Assembly: GCA_033551855.1 (NCBI GenBank)
Contig: JAWSUI010000032.1
Location: forward strand, 1 to 45,069
Length of the DNA stretch: 45,069 bases
Reading direction: 5' to 3'
Origin: Deferrisomatales bacterium
Lineage (GTDB): Bacteria; Desulfobacterota; Deferrisomatia; Deferrisomatales; JACRMM01
Shown: positions 20,020-29,827 of the stretch, piece by piece
Numbering within the stretch: the stretch's first letter is position 1
Layout of the letters: every line of letters begins with the position of its first letter
Program-made: the position numbers and the translations under genes
Notes under the pieces: model-generated
The model's input: the letters and a program-made list of their open reading frames with translations, nothing else
Databases searched by the model: none
What the model was told of the DNA's origin: nothing

Positions 20020-21328
20020 TACCCCCCCCTGGGCGGGACAAACGGAGTCGATCCACCATTCTACGCATCTGACGCTCGGTCTCACCCACCGAATCCCCGA
20101 AGAAGTGCTTGGGCCAATTGGACACGCGGCCAAACTCGTCGAGTTCCAAGGATCTCAGGTCGGCGTTCTTGTTCTCGTCTCGACCGACGAAGTAGAGACG
20201 GCAATCCCTTGGACCTAGCTGTTCGTCTGCGATCAGGAACTGCAAACGCCGAAAGATGTGCTCGGAGTGGGTTTCGATCAGGAACTGGATGTTACGGCTC
20301 CTCGACACCTCCATGAACAGCTCGGCCAGAAGACTTTGGGCCAGTGGGTGCAGGTGAATCTCGGGCTCCTCGACGATCACCGTGCTGTTGCGGGGGACGA
20401 AATACGCCAAGGTCAGGACCGGGAGCACCTGGGAGACCCCAAACCCGACATCCAAGAGGTTGCAATCCAACCCGTCTCGGAGGACGCGCACCTCGTAGTG
20501 GGAAGAGTTGCCGAGCTGCACCACTCGCAACGCGTCGGCCACCCCCATCTTCGCCAACCAGGCTCCCACGTCGTTGACGAGCTGGCCCTTGCTCTTCCGG
20601 TCATTGGCACTTGCGAGAAGGGCCTTGATGGCCCCGGCACCATCCGGGCCCAGACTGCCCGGCCGCTGCTGGTTCCACTGGTGGGTCCGTATGGGTGCAG
20701 GCCGCAGCGGCCCCAGGTAGGCAATGCGCTCGAACCGGCGGTATATGGCTTGGGACATCTCGTGGATGGCCGCGGCGTGGGTCGGCCCGAGCGTGAGCTG
20801 CGCTTCGGGAGACATGGTGATGGAACGGATGGGGCCATAGCTGCGTTTGGCGTCGTAGGTGTCGGAGTTCGCGCGGTGCGGCGGCGTGTAATCGGGTGCA
20901 CGCAGCAGGTAGCCGCCACCCCCCTGCCGCGCGGCGGAGTACACGGCATCGCCTCGCCGGTACTCGAGCCGCTCCACGACGACCCGCTTCGCGGTATCCA
21001 GTTTGTACTCCAGGTCGACCGAGGTCGTGCCCTTGCCCACCTCGAGGTCGAAACCCAGGTGCAGGTGCGAGGAGTCCTGATGCTCATGTATGACTTCGCT
21101 CCAGGAGCCGAGGTTGACCAGGTCGGTGGATTCTCCCCCCAGGTTCAGTTGGAGATCCGGGTCCGGGCCGGTGACCGTCTGTTGCAGCAGCCGAAACGGC
21201 TGGAGAAGCGAGGTCTTCCCTGAGCTATTGGTCCCCAGCAGGAGTGTGATCTTCCCCAATGGGACCCCGTCCTCGGCGAGGCTGTCGCCCCAGGCCTTAA
21301 AGTTCTTCATCCGGATCTTGGTGAACAT
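20012..21328 (-). CDS. ABC-type (AAA_15/AAA_21) ATPase with DUF3696-like C-terminus
   Basis: NFKAW, Walker A GTNSSGKTS, signature VGFGVSQ, Walker B IVEEPEIHLHP, ETHSEH, C-terminal DEFGRVSNWPKHFF. Confidence 0.88.
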   Translation of the reverse strand: MFTKIRMKNFKAWGDSLAEDGVPLGKITLLLGTNSSGKTSLLQPFRLLQQTVTGPDPDLQLNLGGESTDLVNLGSWSEVIHEHQDSSHLHLGFDLEVGKGTTSVDLEYKLDTAKRVVVERLEYRRGDAVYSAARQGGGGYLLRAPDYTPPHRANSDTYDAKRSYGPIRSITMSPEAQLTLGPTHAAAIHEMSQAIYRRFERIAYLGPLRPAPIRTHQWNQQRPGSLGPDGAGAIKALLASANDRKSKGQLVNDVGAWLAKMGVADALRVVQLGNSSHYEVRVLRDGLDCNLLDVGFGVSQVLPVLTLAYFVPRNSTVIVEEPEIHLHPLAQSLLAELFMEVSRSRNIQFLIETHSEHIFRRLQFLIADEQLGPRDCRLYFVGRDENKNADLRSLELDEFGRVSNWPKHFFGDSVGETERQMRRMVDRLRLSRPGGGNA

Positions 21329-21346
21329 GGTCGCTCCGTTGGGCTA

Positions 21347-24300
21347 TCAGTCGAACAAGGACGGTTGGCGCGGCTTGACCGGCGGTTCCGGCCGCGAGGG
21401 CGCCGCGGGCGCCGGCATCCCTTCGAGGATCGCCTTGGCGTGGCGTTCGCACTCGGCCCAGCTCTCCTCGGGGGTCTGGGCGAGCTGCCAGGCGAGGAAG
21501 CGCTCGCCCAGGCGGCTGCGGACCGGCTGCGGGGTGCGGGCGTCGTACTCGCCCACGTTCACGGTGCGGGTGAGGCCCAGGTCGGCGAGGCCCAGGGTCT
21601 CGGGCAGCATCCAGCCGTCGCCGTCGCCTTGGTCGGAGAAGATCTGGATGCCGGCGTCGCGGTCGCCGCCCGCAGCGGCGATGGCGCCCGTCAGGTCGTC
21701 GAAGGCGGCGAGCGAGAGCACGGTGTGGCGCAGCTCGGGGTCCGCGGCCTTGTCCACGCGCCAGAAGCCCTTGGGGTCGAGGGTGCGGCAGAAGGCCTTG
21801 TCGGACAGGTGCGAGGCCGGGTGGTCGCAGTCCTTGAGGATCCAGGCAAAGTCGTCGCGGTCGAGGCCGTAGAGGACGGCGACGATGGCGTCGAGCATGG
21901 AACGGAGGCGGAGGCGTTCGTGGGGGGTGAGTGCCCACCGCGACGGAGGAACAGCTAGCTCCTGGTGGTGCTCTGCAAGCTGCACCCACGTTGGTGAGAA
22001 CCATGCATGTGCCAAGCACAGCTTCGCAGAGGACCGAAGGACCCCAGGTAGCGCGCCATCGGGCCGAACGAGCGATGTCTCTGAGATCACAAAGTAGTTG
22101 AGGTTAAGACCGCCGAGTCTTGCGCGCAGTGCGAAGTCGTAGGAAAGAGAATTCATCGCGGCGGCCATGGTCAGGGAGCCCGGTACTTTCGATGCGGGCT
22201 GGAGGACTGGCACAGCATTGCCACACGGAACATCGCGGACTAAAGCACCGTACATCGACCGACGGTTGGTCGCGGAACCAATGGCCATGAAGATGAATTT
22301 CGTGCCGCTCATCCGAGTCTTGTCGTCCTTCCCCGTGGTCAGCGCTTCATGCCAGTTGCGCGTCAGCATGACGTATTGCGGCTCCACCCGCTTCTCCTCC
22401 CAAGGGATCTCCCGCCACACGGCGCTGCGCCCCTTGCCGCTGACCCAGCCCTTCTCGCTGAAGTCGAACTGGCCGATCATCCGGCCCTCGTAGAGCGGCA
22501 GCAGCACCTCGCCGTCGCCGTTCACCCACCGCCCGTACTCGTCCGGCCGGTACCCCGCTTCCTCGGCCTTGTCCCGCGCGATGAAGAGCTTGGAGTCGTT
22601 CGTCATATGAAACTCGGTGGCGTACTGGATGCCCCACCCGTCCGGCCGTTTGTCGCCCAGCAATACCCCGTTGGCGTAGAGCTTGGTCAACACGGCGAGG
22701 TCCATCTCGGAACGGATTTCCAGCACGCTCAGGCTCTTGGGCGAGAACGCCGTTACCCGCTCCGCCGGGTAGGCAAGCGCCCCCTTGGCTTCACCCCAGT
22801 CCTCCAGGTCGTGCCGCATGAACGCCGCCTGGATCGCCTCGGTTGCGCCCCCCTTCTCCGCGATGGTAACGCAGAACTTGAAGCTACGGTGAATATCGAA
22901 CAACCCGTTGCGGTTCTCGAAGCCGTAGAGCCAGCGCCAGGCACAGCGCTGGAGCAGGAGTCGGCGCAGCTCGCCGGTGCCCTTGTCGGTGTAGAGCCCG
23001 CTCGGGGTCACAAGGCCCATCTGGCCGCCGGGCTTCAAGAGGGCGTGGGCCTGCTCGACGAAGAGCTTGTAGCTGTTGAGGTCGGCAGAACCCTGGTGGC
23101 GGAACGGGTGCGCCGGGTCGCTGGTGCCCCGGTAGCGCGCCCGCCTGCCGCGCCAGGTCCGGTGCAGGGCCACACCCTGGTTGCCCCGCACCAAACTCAC
23201 GTCGCCGCCGCCGTGGCCCGCCGCCTTGCCGTCGCCGCAGGGTTCGGCGGCGTGCTTCACGAAGTTGCCGCGATCCTTGAAGTCGCCGTTGTAGGCTAGC
23301 CACTCTGCCTCGGCGGCCGAGTGGGACTCGAACAGCGCCCGCTGCGCTCGCAGGGCTTCTTGCTTGCCGTAGGCGCGGTAGAGCGGGTCGTGGTTGCTGA
23401 AGAACTCCTTGCTGCTGGGCTTCTGGATCTCCCACGGCGGGTTGCCCACCACGGCGTGGAAACCGGCCCCCTCCCCGGTGAACACGTCGGGGAACTCCAG
23501 CTCCCAATGCAGAAAGCGCTTCTGGCCGCGCAGTTCTTTCGCCACGGCCCGGGCGGCCGCACTCGGGTTGGGCAGCTCGCTCGGTAGCGGCAGCGCGTCG
23601 AGCTGGTTCAGCGGCCAGAACCACAAGGCGCACCAGGTGTCGAAGGCCTCGCGGACGCGGCCGAGGGCGGCATCGGTCTGGATGCGCTCGCGCCAGATCC
23701 GCGCCCGCCCGTCGGGGCGGCTGGCGGGTACCGCGCGCAGGTCGCGGTACAGGCGGCGCACGCGCTCCACGGCGGCCTTCAGCTCCTCGTCGCTGGTGGC
23801 GGCAGCTTGCAGGCGGAGCTGGCCGGTCAGGAGGTCCACCTGTTCGGAAATGGCGTGAGCGCGCTTTTCCTTGAGCGCCGCGTGCCACACGTCGGCTTCG
23901 TGGTGGACGCCCTTGTACTTGAGATCCGGGCTCTGGCGGTCGAAGCAGAGCAGCGGGTAGTCGCGGAAGCGGTCGAGCCAGGTGCCCACCAGGGCATCGC
24001 CGCAGCGCAGCTTGTGGTCGAGGAAGGTGAAGGGCAGGCGTTTGTCGAGGGTCTCGACCCAGAGCGCCACCCGGGCCAGCTCCACCGCCAGGGGGTCGAG
24101 GTCCACGCCGTAGAGGCAGTGCTCCACCACGGCGCGGCGCACGATGGCCTCGAGGTGCTCTTCGAAACCGCTACCCGGCACGTCGTGGGGGGGCAGGCTG
24201 CGGTCGGCCTCGGGCAGAAGATCGCAGACCACGGTGGTGCGGCCGTTCTTGCGGCGGATGCGGTTGTGCACGTGCAGCGACTCGATCACGGCAGCGGTGA

Positions 24301-26263
24301 GCACCCGCAGGGCCGCGACCAAAAAGCTCCCCGAGCCCATGGCCGGGTCGCAGACCTTGAGCGCCAGCAACGCCTCGGGCGGGCGCACGGTTTTCGCCTC
24401 GCCCTCATCCCCCATCTGATAGATCAGCGGCTCCAAGGTACGGCGCACCGTGGGCAGGGTGAGCTGCGGGCGGGTGTAGAAGGTGCCCGCACCCTTGCGC
24501 GTGCCACCCCAACGCACGAGGTAGAGCTCGCCGGGGAGCTTGAGGTCGGCGACGAGTTGCCGGGCAGCCGCGTCGAGCTGGGCTTCGTAGGAAGCGGCGA
24601 CTTCGGCCTTCTTTCCTTTGGGTTTCTTGACCAGCTTGCCCACTTCAGCCGCTCGCCGGCCCCAGGCGTGGGCACGGGAACGGGCCTCGGCACGGGCGTC
24701 GTCGCCGGAGTCCTCGAGCTCGTCAGCGACGGTGTCGGCGTTCGCGCCCTCGGTGCCTTCGTGCTCGTCGGATTCCTGGTCTTTCGGCGTTTCGGCGTCC
24801 TCCTCGTCAGCTTCGCCGTCGTCCGCCTCCTCGTCGCCGTCGCCGGCCGCCTGCTTCTTGACCTTGGCCTTCTCCACCAGCGCCTGCAGCGCCTTGTCGT
24901 CCATGCCTTCCAGTCGGTCCAGCGGCAGGGCCGGCTGGTCGCCCAGGTTCAAGAAGACCACCGGCTGCACGCCGGCGCGGTGCAGCTCGTAATCGAGTAG
25001 GCCCTCGTAGAGGATGCCGATGTACTCGCTGGTCAACTCGGTGAAGTCCACAGGCGCGGCCACGGTGCGCCAGCCGGCGCCTTCGCGAACCTTCTGGGTG
25101 GTGCGGGTGAGCAGCACCAGGATGCGGTGCACCGCGTCGTCGTCGGGCGGCTCGGGCAGGGCCTCGAGGAGCGCCAGCGCGCGCTGCACGCCGTCGCCGT
25201 CCGCCTGGCCGGGCCGGAACAGGTCGCCCCCGTAGGCGGGCAGGGTCATCGCCGGGTGCGGCGAACCCCGGTGCAGCAGCCGAAAGAGCGCGAGCAGGCG
25301 CGGCCACGCCATCTGTCGTGTCCGGCGGCGCTCGGGGGTGAGCCGGTCAAGCTGGTCGAGCAGCCCGCGCAGCCCGTAGGCGTGGTGGTAGATGGGGTTG
25401 TCGGCGGGCAGGAGCTCACGCGCCTCGGCGAAGAGGGTGACCACAACGCGCATGACGAAGTGGCACGCCGCCACGTAGAGATCGGCACTCGCGTGTTCGT
25501 TCCAGGCCGGCTCCACTAGCGGCGCGCGGCTGCGCAGCAGGGTCTCGACGGCGCGGCGCACGCGCTCGCCGAGCTCCTTCGAGAGCTTTGCCTGGCCGCG
25601 CCGGGTGTCGCGGATGGCACCGAGCAACGGACCCAGCTCGGCGGTGCCCCGGGTCAGCGCCGCGGGGGAGAGCACCCGGCGCAGGACCGCCAGCTCGCCG
25701 GAGAGCTGGTCGGCGTCGAGCCAGCGGTCGGCTTCCCACTCCACCCAGGCCAGGCTGTCGGTGTCGGCCCAGACCAGGCGCCACTGGCTGCCGTTGGTCA
25801 GCAGGCCCAGGGGAATCGACCGCCGGCGCAGATACTCCACCACCTGCGCCACCGGCCGGCGGCCCTTGCCGATGCCCAGCCGGGTTGCCGGGGTGGAGAA
25901 CACCACCAGCGTCTCCCCGGCGGGTCCGGTCCAGCGGCGGCGTGGCTTGAGCGCCGTGCCGTCGAGCAGCTTCTCGGCTTCGGCCGCGCCCAGGGCGCCG
26001 CTCTTGGTCCAGCCGTCGCGCAGCCCGCAGGCATCTTCGAGCACCACGTCGAGCAGGGCGCGAAGGGGCGCCGCCGCGGGCTTGTCGGGGTCGAGGGCGA
26101 CCAGCGCACCCCGCAGCCGATCGGCGAGGCCCCGGGGCGCCGGAACGGGAGCGGGCAGTCCATCGAGGGCCGGGGGCGAGAGCAGGTTGCCGCTGTGACG
26201 CAGGGCGATCCAGGCGTCGTGCAGGGCCGCCGGTGTCGGGACGCTCATCGTCGAGAGTCTCAC
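21347..26263 (-). CDS. Large N6-adenine DNA methyltransferase (Eco57I/DrmMI-like)
   Basis: Motif I VCDPAMGSGSFL, YGVDLDPLAVELA, motif IV VGNPPW, N-terminal LLTNGSQWRL. Confidence 0.9.
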   Translation of the reverse strand: MRLSTMSVPTPAALHDAWIALRHSGNLLSPPALDGLPAPVPAPRGLADRLRGALVALDPDKPAAAPLRALLDVVLEDACGLRDGWTKSGALGAAEAEKLLDGTALKPRRRWTGPAGETLVVFSTPATRLGIGKGRRPVAQVVEYLRRRSIPLGLLTNGSQWRLVWADTDSLAWVEWEADRWLDADQLSGELAVLRRVLSPAALTRGTAELGPLLGAIRDTRRGQAKLSKELGERVRRAVETLLRSRAPLVEPAWNEHASADLYVAACHFVMRVVVTLFAEARELLPADNPIYHHAYGLRGLLDQLDRLTPERRRTRQMAWPRLLALFRLLHRGSPHPAMTLPAYGGDLFRPGQADGDGVQRALALLEALPEPPDDDAVHRILVLLTRTTQKVREGAGWRTVAAPVDFTELTSEYIGILYEGLLDYELHRAGVQPVVFLNLGDQPALPLDRLEGMDDKALQALVEKAKVKKQAAGDGDEEADDGEADEEDAETPKDQESDEHEGTEGANADTVADELEDSGDDARAEARSRAHAWGRRAAEVGKLVKKPKGKKAEVAASYEAQLDAAARQLVADLKLPGELYLVRWGGTRKGAGTFYTRPQLTLPTVRRTLEPLIYQMGDEGEAKTVRPPEALLALKVCDPAMGSGSFLVAALRVLTAAVIESLHVHNRIRRKNGRTTVVCDLLPEADRSLPPHDVPGSGFEEHLEAIVRRAVVEHCLYGVDLDPLAVELARVALWVETLDKRLPFTFLDHKLRCGDALVGTWLDRFRDYPLLCFDRQSPDLKYKGVHHEADVWHAALKEKRAHAISEQVDLLTGQLRLQAAATSDEELKAAVERVRRLYRDLRAVPASRPDGRARIWRERIQTDAALGRVREAFDTWCALWFWPLNQLDALPLPSELPNPSAAARAVAKELRGQKRFLHWELEFPDVFTGEGAGFHAVVGNPPWEIQKPSSKEFFSNHDPLYRAYGKQEALRAQRALFESHSAAEAEWLAYNGDFKDRGNFVKHAAEPCGDGKAAGHGGGDVSLVRGNQGVALHRTWRGRRARYRGTSDPAHPFRHQGSADLNSYKLFVEQAHALLKPGGQMGLVTPSGLYTDKGTGELRRLLLQRCAWRWLYGFENRNGLFDIHRSFKFCVTIAEKGGATEAIQAAFMRHDLEDWGEAKGALAYPAERVTAFSPKSLSVLEIRSEMDLAVLTKLYANGVLLGDKRPDGWGIQYATEFHMTNDSKLFIARDKAEEAGYRPDEYGRWVNGDGEVLLPLYEGRMIGQFDFSEKGWVSGKGRSAVWREIPWEEKRVEPQYVMLTRNWHEALTTGKDDKTRMSGTKFIFMAIGSATNRRSMYGALVRDVPCGNAVPVLQPASKVPGSLTMAAAMNSLSYDFALRARLGGLNLNYFVISETSLVRPDGALPGVLRSSAKLCLAHAWFSPTWVQLAEHHQELAVPPSRWALTPHERLRLRSMLDAIVAVLYGLDRDDFAWILKDCDHPASHLSDKAFCRTLDPKGFWRVDKAADPELRHTVLSLAAFDDLTGAIAAAGGDRDAGIQIFSDQGDGDGWMLPETLGLADLGLTRTVNVGEYDARTPQPVRSRLGERFLAWQLAQTPEESWAECERHAKAILEGMPAPAAPSRPEPPVKPRQPSLFD

Positions 26264-29200
26264 GGGGCGCCTTCCGGCAGCCGGATCTCCACGGCGATGG
26301 GGTAGACCCGCGCCTCCCCGCGTAGCGCGTAGCGCAGGGGTAGCACCCCTTGCAGGGTGCGCTCGGCCTCGGCGGCCAGGCGCTCCTGGACCTGCTCGTA
26401 GTGGTTCTTACGCAGCGCCAGCTCGGCGTCGAGGTCGGCGAGGCGCTTCTGGATTTCCTGGTCGAGCTCCGCGAAGAGCGACATCTGGCGTGCCTTCTCG
26501 CGGAGCTTGTTGGCCTCTTTCTCGATCTTCGCGAGCTGGTTCTCGCCGATGGCGCGTTCCAGCTCCCGCCTGCGCCGGTCGAAGCGCTTCTTCTCCCGCT
26601 CGCGCACCGCCTTCCCCGAGGTCTGCAACTGTGACACGAGGGACGCGGTCAGCTCCGTCTGGAGGGTCCGCACGCGGTCTTTGACGGCATCCTCCACCTC
26701 GTCCCACAGCTCCCGCGCCGCTTCCCGGTCCCCGGCCACGGGGCGCGACTCCCACGCCCCGGCCGGCCGATGGGGTAACGGTTCGCCGAGCACATCGCCC
26801 TGCACCGGCAGCGCGAGGGTGCGGACCCAGTGGTGGCAGGGTTCGCGCAGCTCGTTGACGGCGAGTTCCTCTACCGTGAGCAGCACCAGGGCGTCCGCCC
26901 CTGCGGGGAGCTCGCCACTTCGCACCGTCCACCGGGTCGCCGCGCTGGGGCCGCCCGGGAAGCGGTAGCGGGCGAAGGTGGACATCACCCGGTGGTAGAG
27001 GGCGTCGCCCAGGTGCAGCAGCCGCGAGTCCGGCTCGGGGGTGTACACCGGGCGCCCGTTCGGAGTGCCGTCGTGGGGCTGCACATAGTGGGCCGGGTCG
27101 AATACCAGCGCGAGCAGGGGGCCGGACGGTCCGCCCTCGCGGAGGGTGTGGTCGACCAGTTCCTGCCAGAGTGCCGGCACCGGGTGCACCAAGCGTTTGC
27201 GGCCTTCGCCGTCGGGCTGCAGCCTGGGCCGACCGGCCTCGATGGCGAGCGCCGTCTCCAGTGTCTCCCGTAGGGTTCCGGGGGAAAGGTCTAGCTCGGC
27301 CTTGAGGTCTTCGAGGTGCGCGAGATCCTCGGCGCCGGGCAGGGGGCTGCCGGTCGGGAGGTCGTCCACAGCCTCCGCCTGTGTCGCCCGGGCCTGGCCG
27401 ATGACCCGCTCGAGGCGCCCTTCGGCGGCCTCAGCGTTTTCCTCCGCCTCGAAGTGGGCGAGGATCGCGTCTGCAAAGATCTCGTCGGTGACGACCCGGT
27501 CTTCCCGGGTCTGGGAGCGCTTGCGCAGCACCTTGCCCAGGAAGCGCATCGAGGCGTCATCCGTGCTGTCGAAGTGGAGGATATGAACATCGCGCCGCTG
27601 TCCGTGACGGTCGAGGCGGCCGTTGCGCTGCTCCATGCGCGCCGGGTTCCAGGGAATGTCCCAGTGGAGCAGGTAGCGGGCAGCGCGCTGGAGGTTCAAC
27701 CCTTCCCCTGCCGCGTCGGTGGCGAGGAGCACGCGGGCCGGGCCCCGGGGGTCGTTGAAGGCCCGCTTGACGGCGTCGCGCTCGGCGTCGTTCATGCCTC
27801 CATAGAGGCTGAGCAGCCAGTCCCCCGCTCCGTACCGGGCACGCAAGCGCGCGCGAAGGTAGTCGAGGGTCGCCAGGTACTCGGTGAAGACCACGAGTCG
27901 TTCTTCGGGTTGCCATCCGGAGTCAACGCGCAGCCGCGCGTCAATGACCGCCTCGAGGGCGCGCAGGCGGGCATCGGCCTTCACGTGGGAGGCGCGGGAG
28001 GCGACTTCGGCGGCGTGAGAACCCGGGTCCAGCCCCGGAGGAACGCGGGTGACGCCGATGGCCTCGACCTCGCGGGTGACGTCGGCGATCTCGGCGCCCA
28101 GTTCTCCCCGCCACTGCCGCAGCCAAGCGCCCACCGTGCGGTCGGCGTGGCGCTGGCGGCTCTCCCGTTCTGCGTCGTCGTCGGTGTCATCATCTTGCGC
28201 GTCGCGCGCCCGCGCGACGGTGCTGGCAGCGGCCTGCTCGTGATCTTCCTCGAGACCTTCGAGCAGCGCCAGCCAACTCTGCCCGAAGGGCCAGGGGCCC
28301 GACAGCAGGCGTTTCTGCAAGACCTCGGTGGCGAAGCTGGCCGCCGTTCGCTCCTGGTGGTCCGCGCCGCGCAACACCCTCTTGAGGGCCTTGCGGAAAT
28401 CGCGCAGCGCCAGGTGGAGGGCGCGCTCATGGCTGCCGAAGTGCAGCGCCGGCAACGCCTCGACGTGGCGGTCGGAGAACCGCGCCGGCTCGCCGAGAGC
28501 TGTATAGCAGGAGTTGATCTCGCTCTTGAGGCGTCGGATCACGGCCTCGCCGACGCGGCGCCGGTCCTCGCCGTCGAGCTCGGACTTGCGGGTGAAGCGC
28601 ACCGGGTCGAGAGCTTCTAGAAGGCCAGAGAAGGAGCGGGTGTGTCCGTTGTGAGGTGTGGCAGTCAGGAACAGGCGGTGTTCGAACCAGGGTGCGATGC
28701 GCTGGAGCATCTTCGCGAGGTCCGAGTCCGCACCGAAGCTCGCGGGCGAGAGGTTGTGGACCTCGTCGACGATGAGCAGGTCCCAGCGCAGGCGACCGTC
28801 CTGCCCCGGCTCGACCGCAGCACGAAACTGTTCCAGCACGTCAGGCTGCTTGAGGTAGTGGTAGCTCGCGATGATGCGCTCGTGGGTACGCCATGGGTTG
28901 GCGTCCACTCCGATCTCGCGTTGGAGTTTGAGCGTGTGTGGTCGGTCGACCACCTCGAATGGCAGCGCGAACTTCTCCTGCATCTCTTCGCCCCACTGGG
29001 TGCGAAGCGCGGCGGGGCAGAGAATCAGCACCCGCCGGATGCGACGCCGGAGCATGAGCTCGCGCAGCACCATGCCGGCTTGAATGGTCTTACCGAGGCC
29101 GACGGCATCGGCGAGCATGAGAGCCACCCGCGGCATCTCGAGGGCCCGCAGCACCGGCACGAGCTGGTAGGCCTCCGGGTAGATGGCGCCGTAGAGGGGC

Positions 29201-29538
29201 GCTGCGAGAGGCGGCCGGTCGTCGTCGAGCCCGGAGAACGGAAGCGACGGGGTAAGTGCGGACCAGCGGGAGGCGCGGACCATGGCGTCGAACTCGCGCG
29301 GTTCCATGGGCGCGGTGTGTTCGACCCGCGGGAGGGCGGAGGGCTCCAGCACCTCGGTGCCCGGCTCGACCTCCCACAACACCTCATCTGTCTCGACGCC
29401 GGTGCCGTCCGCGTACTCCACCTCGACCAAGTGATAGCGACCGGACTCATCGGCGTCGAACGGCTGGACCCCCATGATCATGGCGCGGCGGTTGCGCACC
29501 ACCGCCATCATGCCTTCGCGCGGGTTGCCGCTGGTCAT
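26260..29538 (-). CDS. drmD: SNF2-family helicase, DISARM DrmD-like
   Basis: LADAVGLGKT, IVDEVH, LTATPHNG, TDAAGEGLNLQ, WNPARMEQRNGRLDR; coiled-coil tail. Confidence 0.85.
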   Translation of the reverse strand: MTSGNPREGMMAVVRNRRAMIMGVQPFDADESGRYHLVEVEYADGTGVETDEVLWEVEPGTEVLEPSALPRVEHTAPMEPREFDAMVRASRWSALTPSLPFSGLDDDRPPLAAPLYGAIYPEAYQLVPVLRALEMPRVALMLADAVGLGKTIQAGMVLRELMLRRRIRRVLILCPAALRTQWGEEMQEKFALPFEVVDRPHTLKLQREIGVDANPWRTHERIIASYHYLKQPDVLEQFRAAVEPGQDGRLRWDLLIVDEVHNLSPASFGADSDLAKMLQRIAPWFEHRLFLTATPHNGHTRSFSGLLEALDPVRFTRKSELDGEDRRRVGEAVIRRLKSEINSCYTALGEPARFSDRHVEALPALHFGSHERALHLALRDFRKALKRVLRGADHQERTAASFATEVLQKRLLSGPWPFGQSWLALLEGLEEDHEQAAASTVARARDAQDDDTDDDAERESRQRHADRTVGAWLRQWRGELGAEIADVTREVEAIGVTRVPPGLDPGSHAAEVASRASHVKADARLRALEAVIDARLRVDSGWQPEERLVVFTEYLATLDYLRARLRARYGAGDWLLSLYGGMNDAERDAVKRAFNDPRGPARVLLATDAAGEGLNLQRAARYLLHWDIPWNPARMEQRNGRLDRHGQRRDVHILHFDSTDDASMRFLGKVLRKRSQTREDRVVTDEIFADAILAHFEAEENAEAAEGRLERVIGQARATQAEAVDDLPTGSPLPGAEDLAHLEDLKAELDLSPGTLRETLETALAIEAGRPRLQPDGEGRKRLVHPVPALWQELVDHTLREGGPSGPLLALVFDPAHYVQPHDGTPNGRPVYTPEPDSRLLHLGDALYHRVMSTFARYRFPGGPSAATRWTVRSGELPAGADALVLLTVEELAVNELREPCHHWVRTLALPVQGDVLGEPLPHRPAGAWESRPVAGDREAARELWDEVEDAVKDRVRTLQTELTASLVSQLQTSGKAVREREKKRFDRRRRELERAIGENQLAKIEKEANKLREKARQMSLFAELDQEIQKRLADLDAELALRKNHYEQVQERLAAEAERTLQGVLPLRYALRGEARVYPIAVEIRLPEGAP

Positions 29539-29738
29539 GCGACCCCTCCGTCAGCGGACTCTTCGTCGGCCGCCCCCCCCGAGCGCACCCAAGCATCGAC
29601 TTCCGACAGCTTCAGTCTCCAAAACTTGCCCACCTTGTGCGCGGGAAGACCCTTGGCATCGATCCACCGATATACGGTCTCCTTCCCCACGCCCAGGTGC
29701 GTCGCCACTTCGTCCACTGAATGCCAGCGCTCTTCCAT
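29535..29738 (-). CDS. Excisionase-family (HTH_17) DNA-binding protein heading the defence operon
   Basis: WHSVDEVATHLGVGKETVYRWI..KGLPAHKVGKFWRLK. ATGA overlap with the SNF2 gene. Confidence 0.88.
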   Translation of the reverse strand: MEERWHSVDEVATHLGVGKETVYRWIDAKGLPAHKVGKFWRLKLSEVDAWVRSGGAADEESADGGVA

Positions 29739-29761
29739 CACGGCACCGTCCAGGGTGTATT

Positions 29762-29827
29762 GAGGCCAAAGACAAATACTTTCGACAAACCGAGGTCAAA
29801 GTAGACAATCGTCGGGTATCGGTCAAG
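29762..29827. promoter_or_regulatory. AT-richer promoter region with repeated G(A/T)CAA motifs
   Basis: GACAAA 29771 and 29784, GTCAAA 29795, GACAAT 29804, GTCAAG 29822, just upstream of the HTH gene. Confidence 0.4.
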
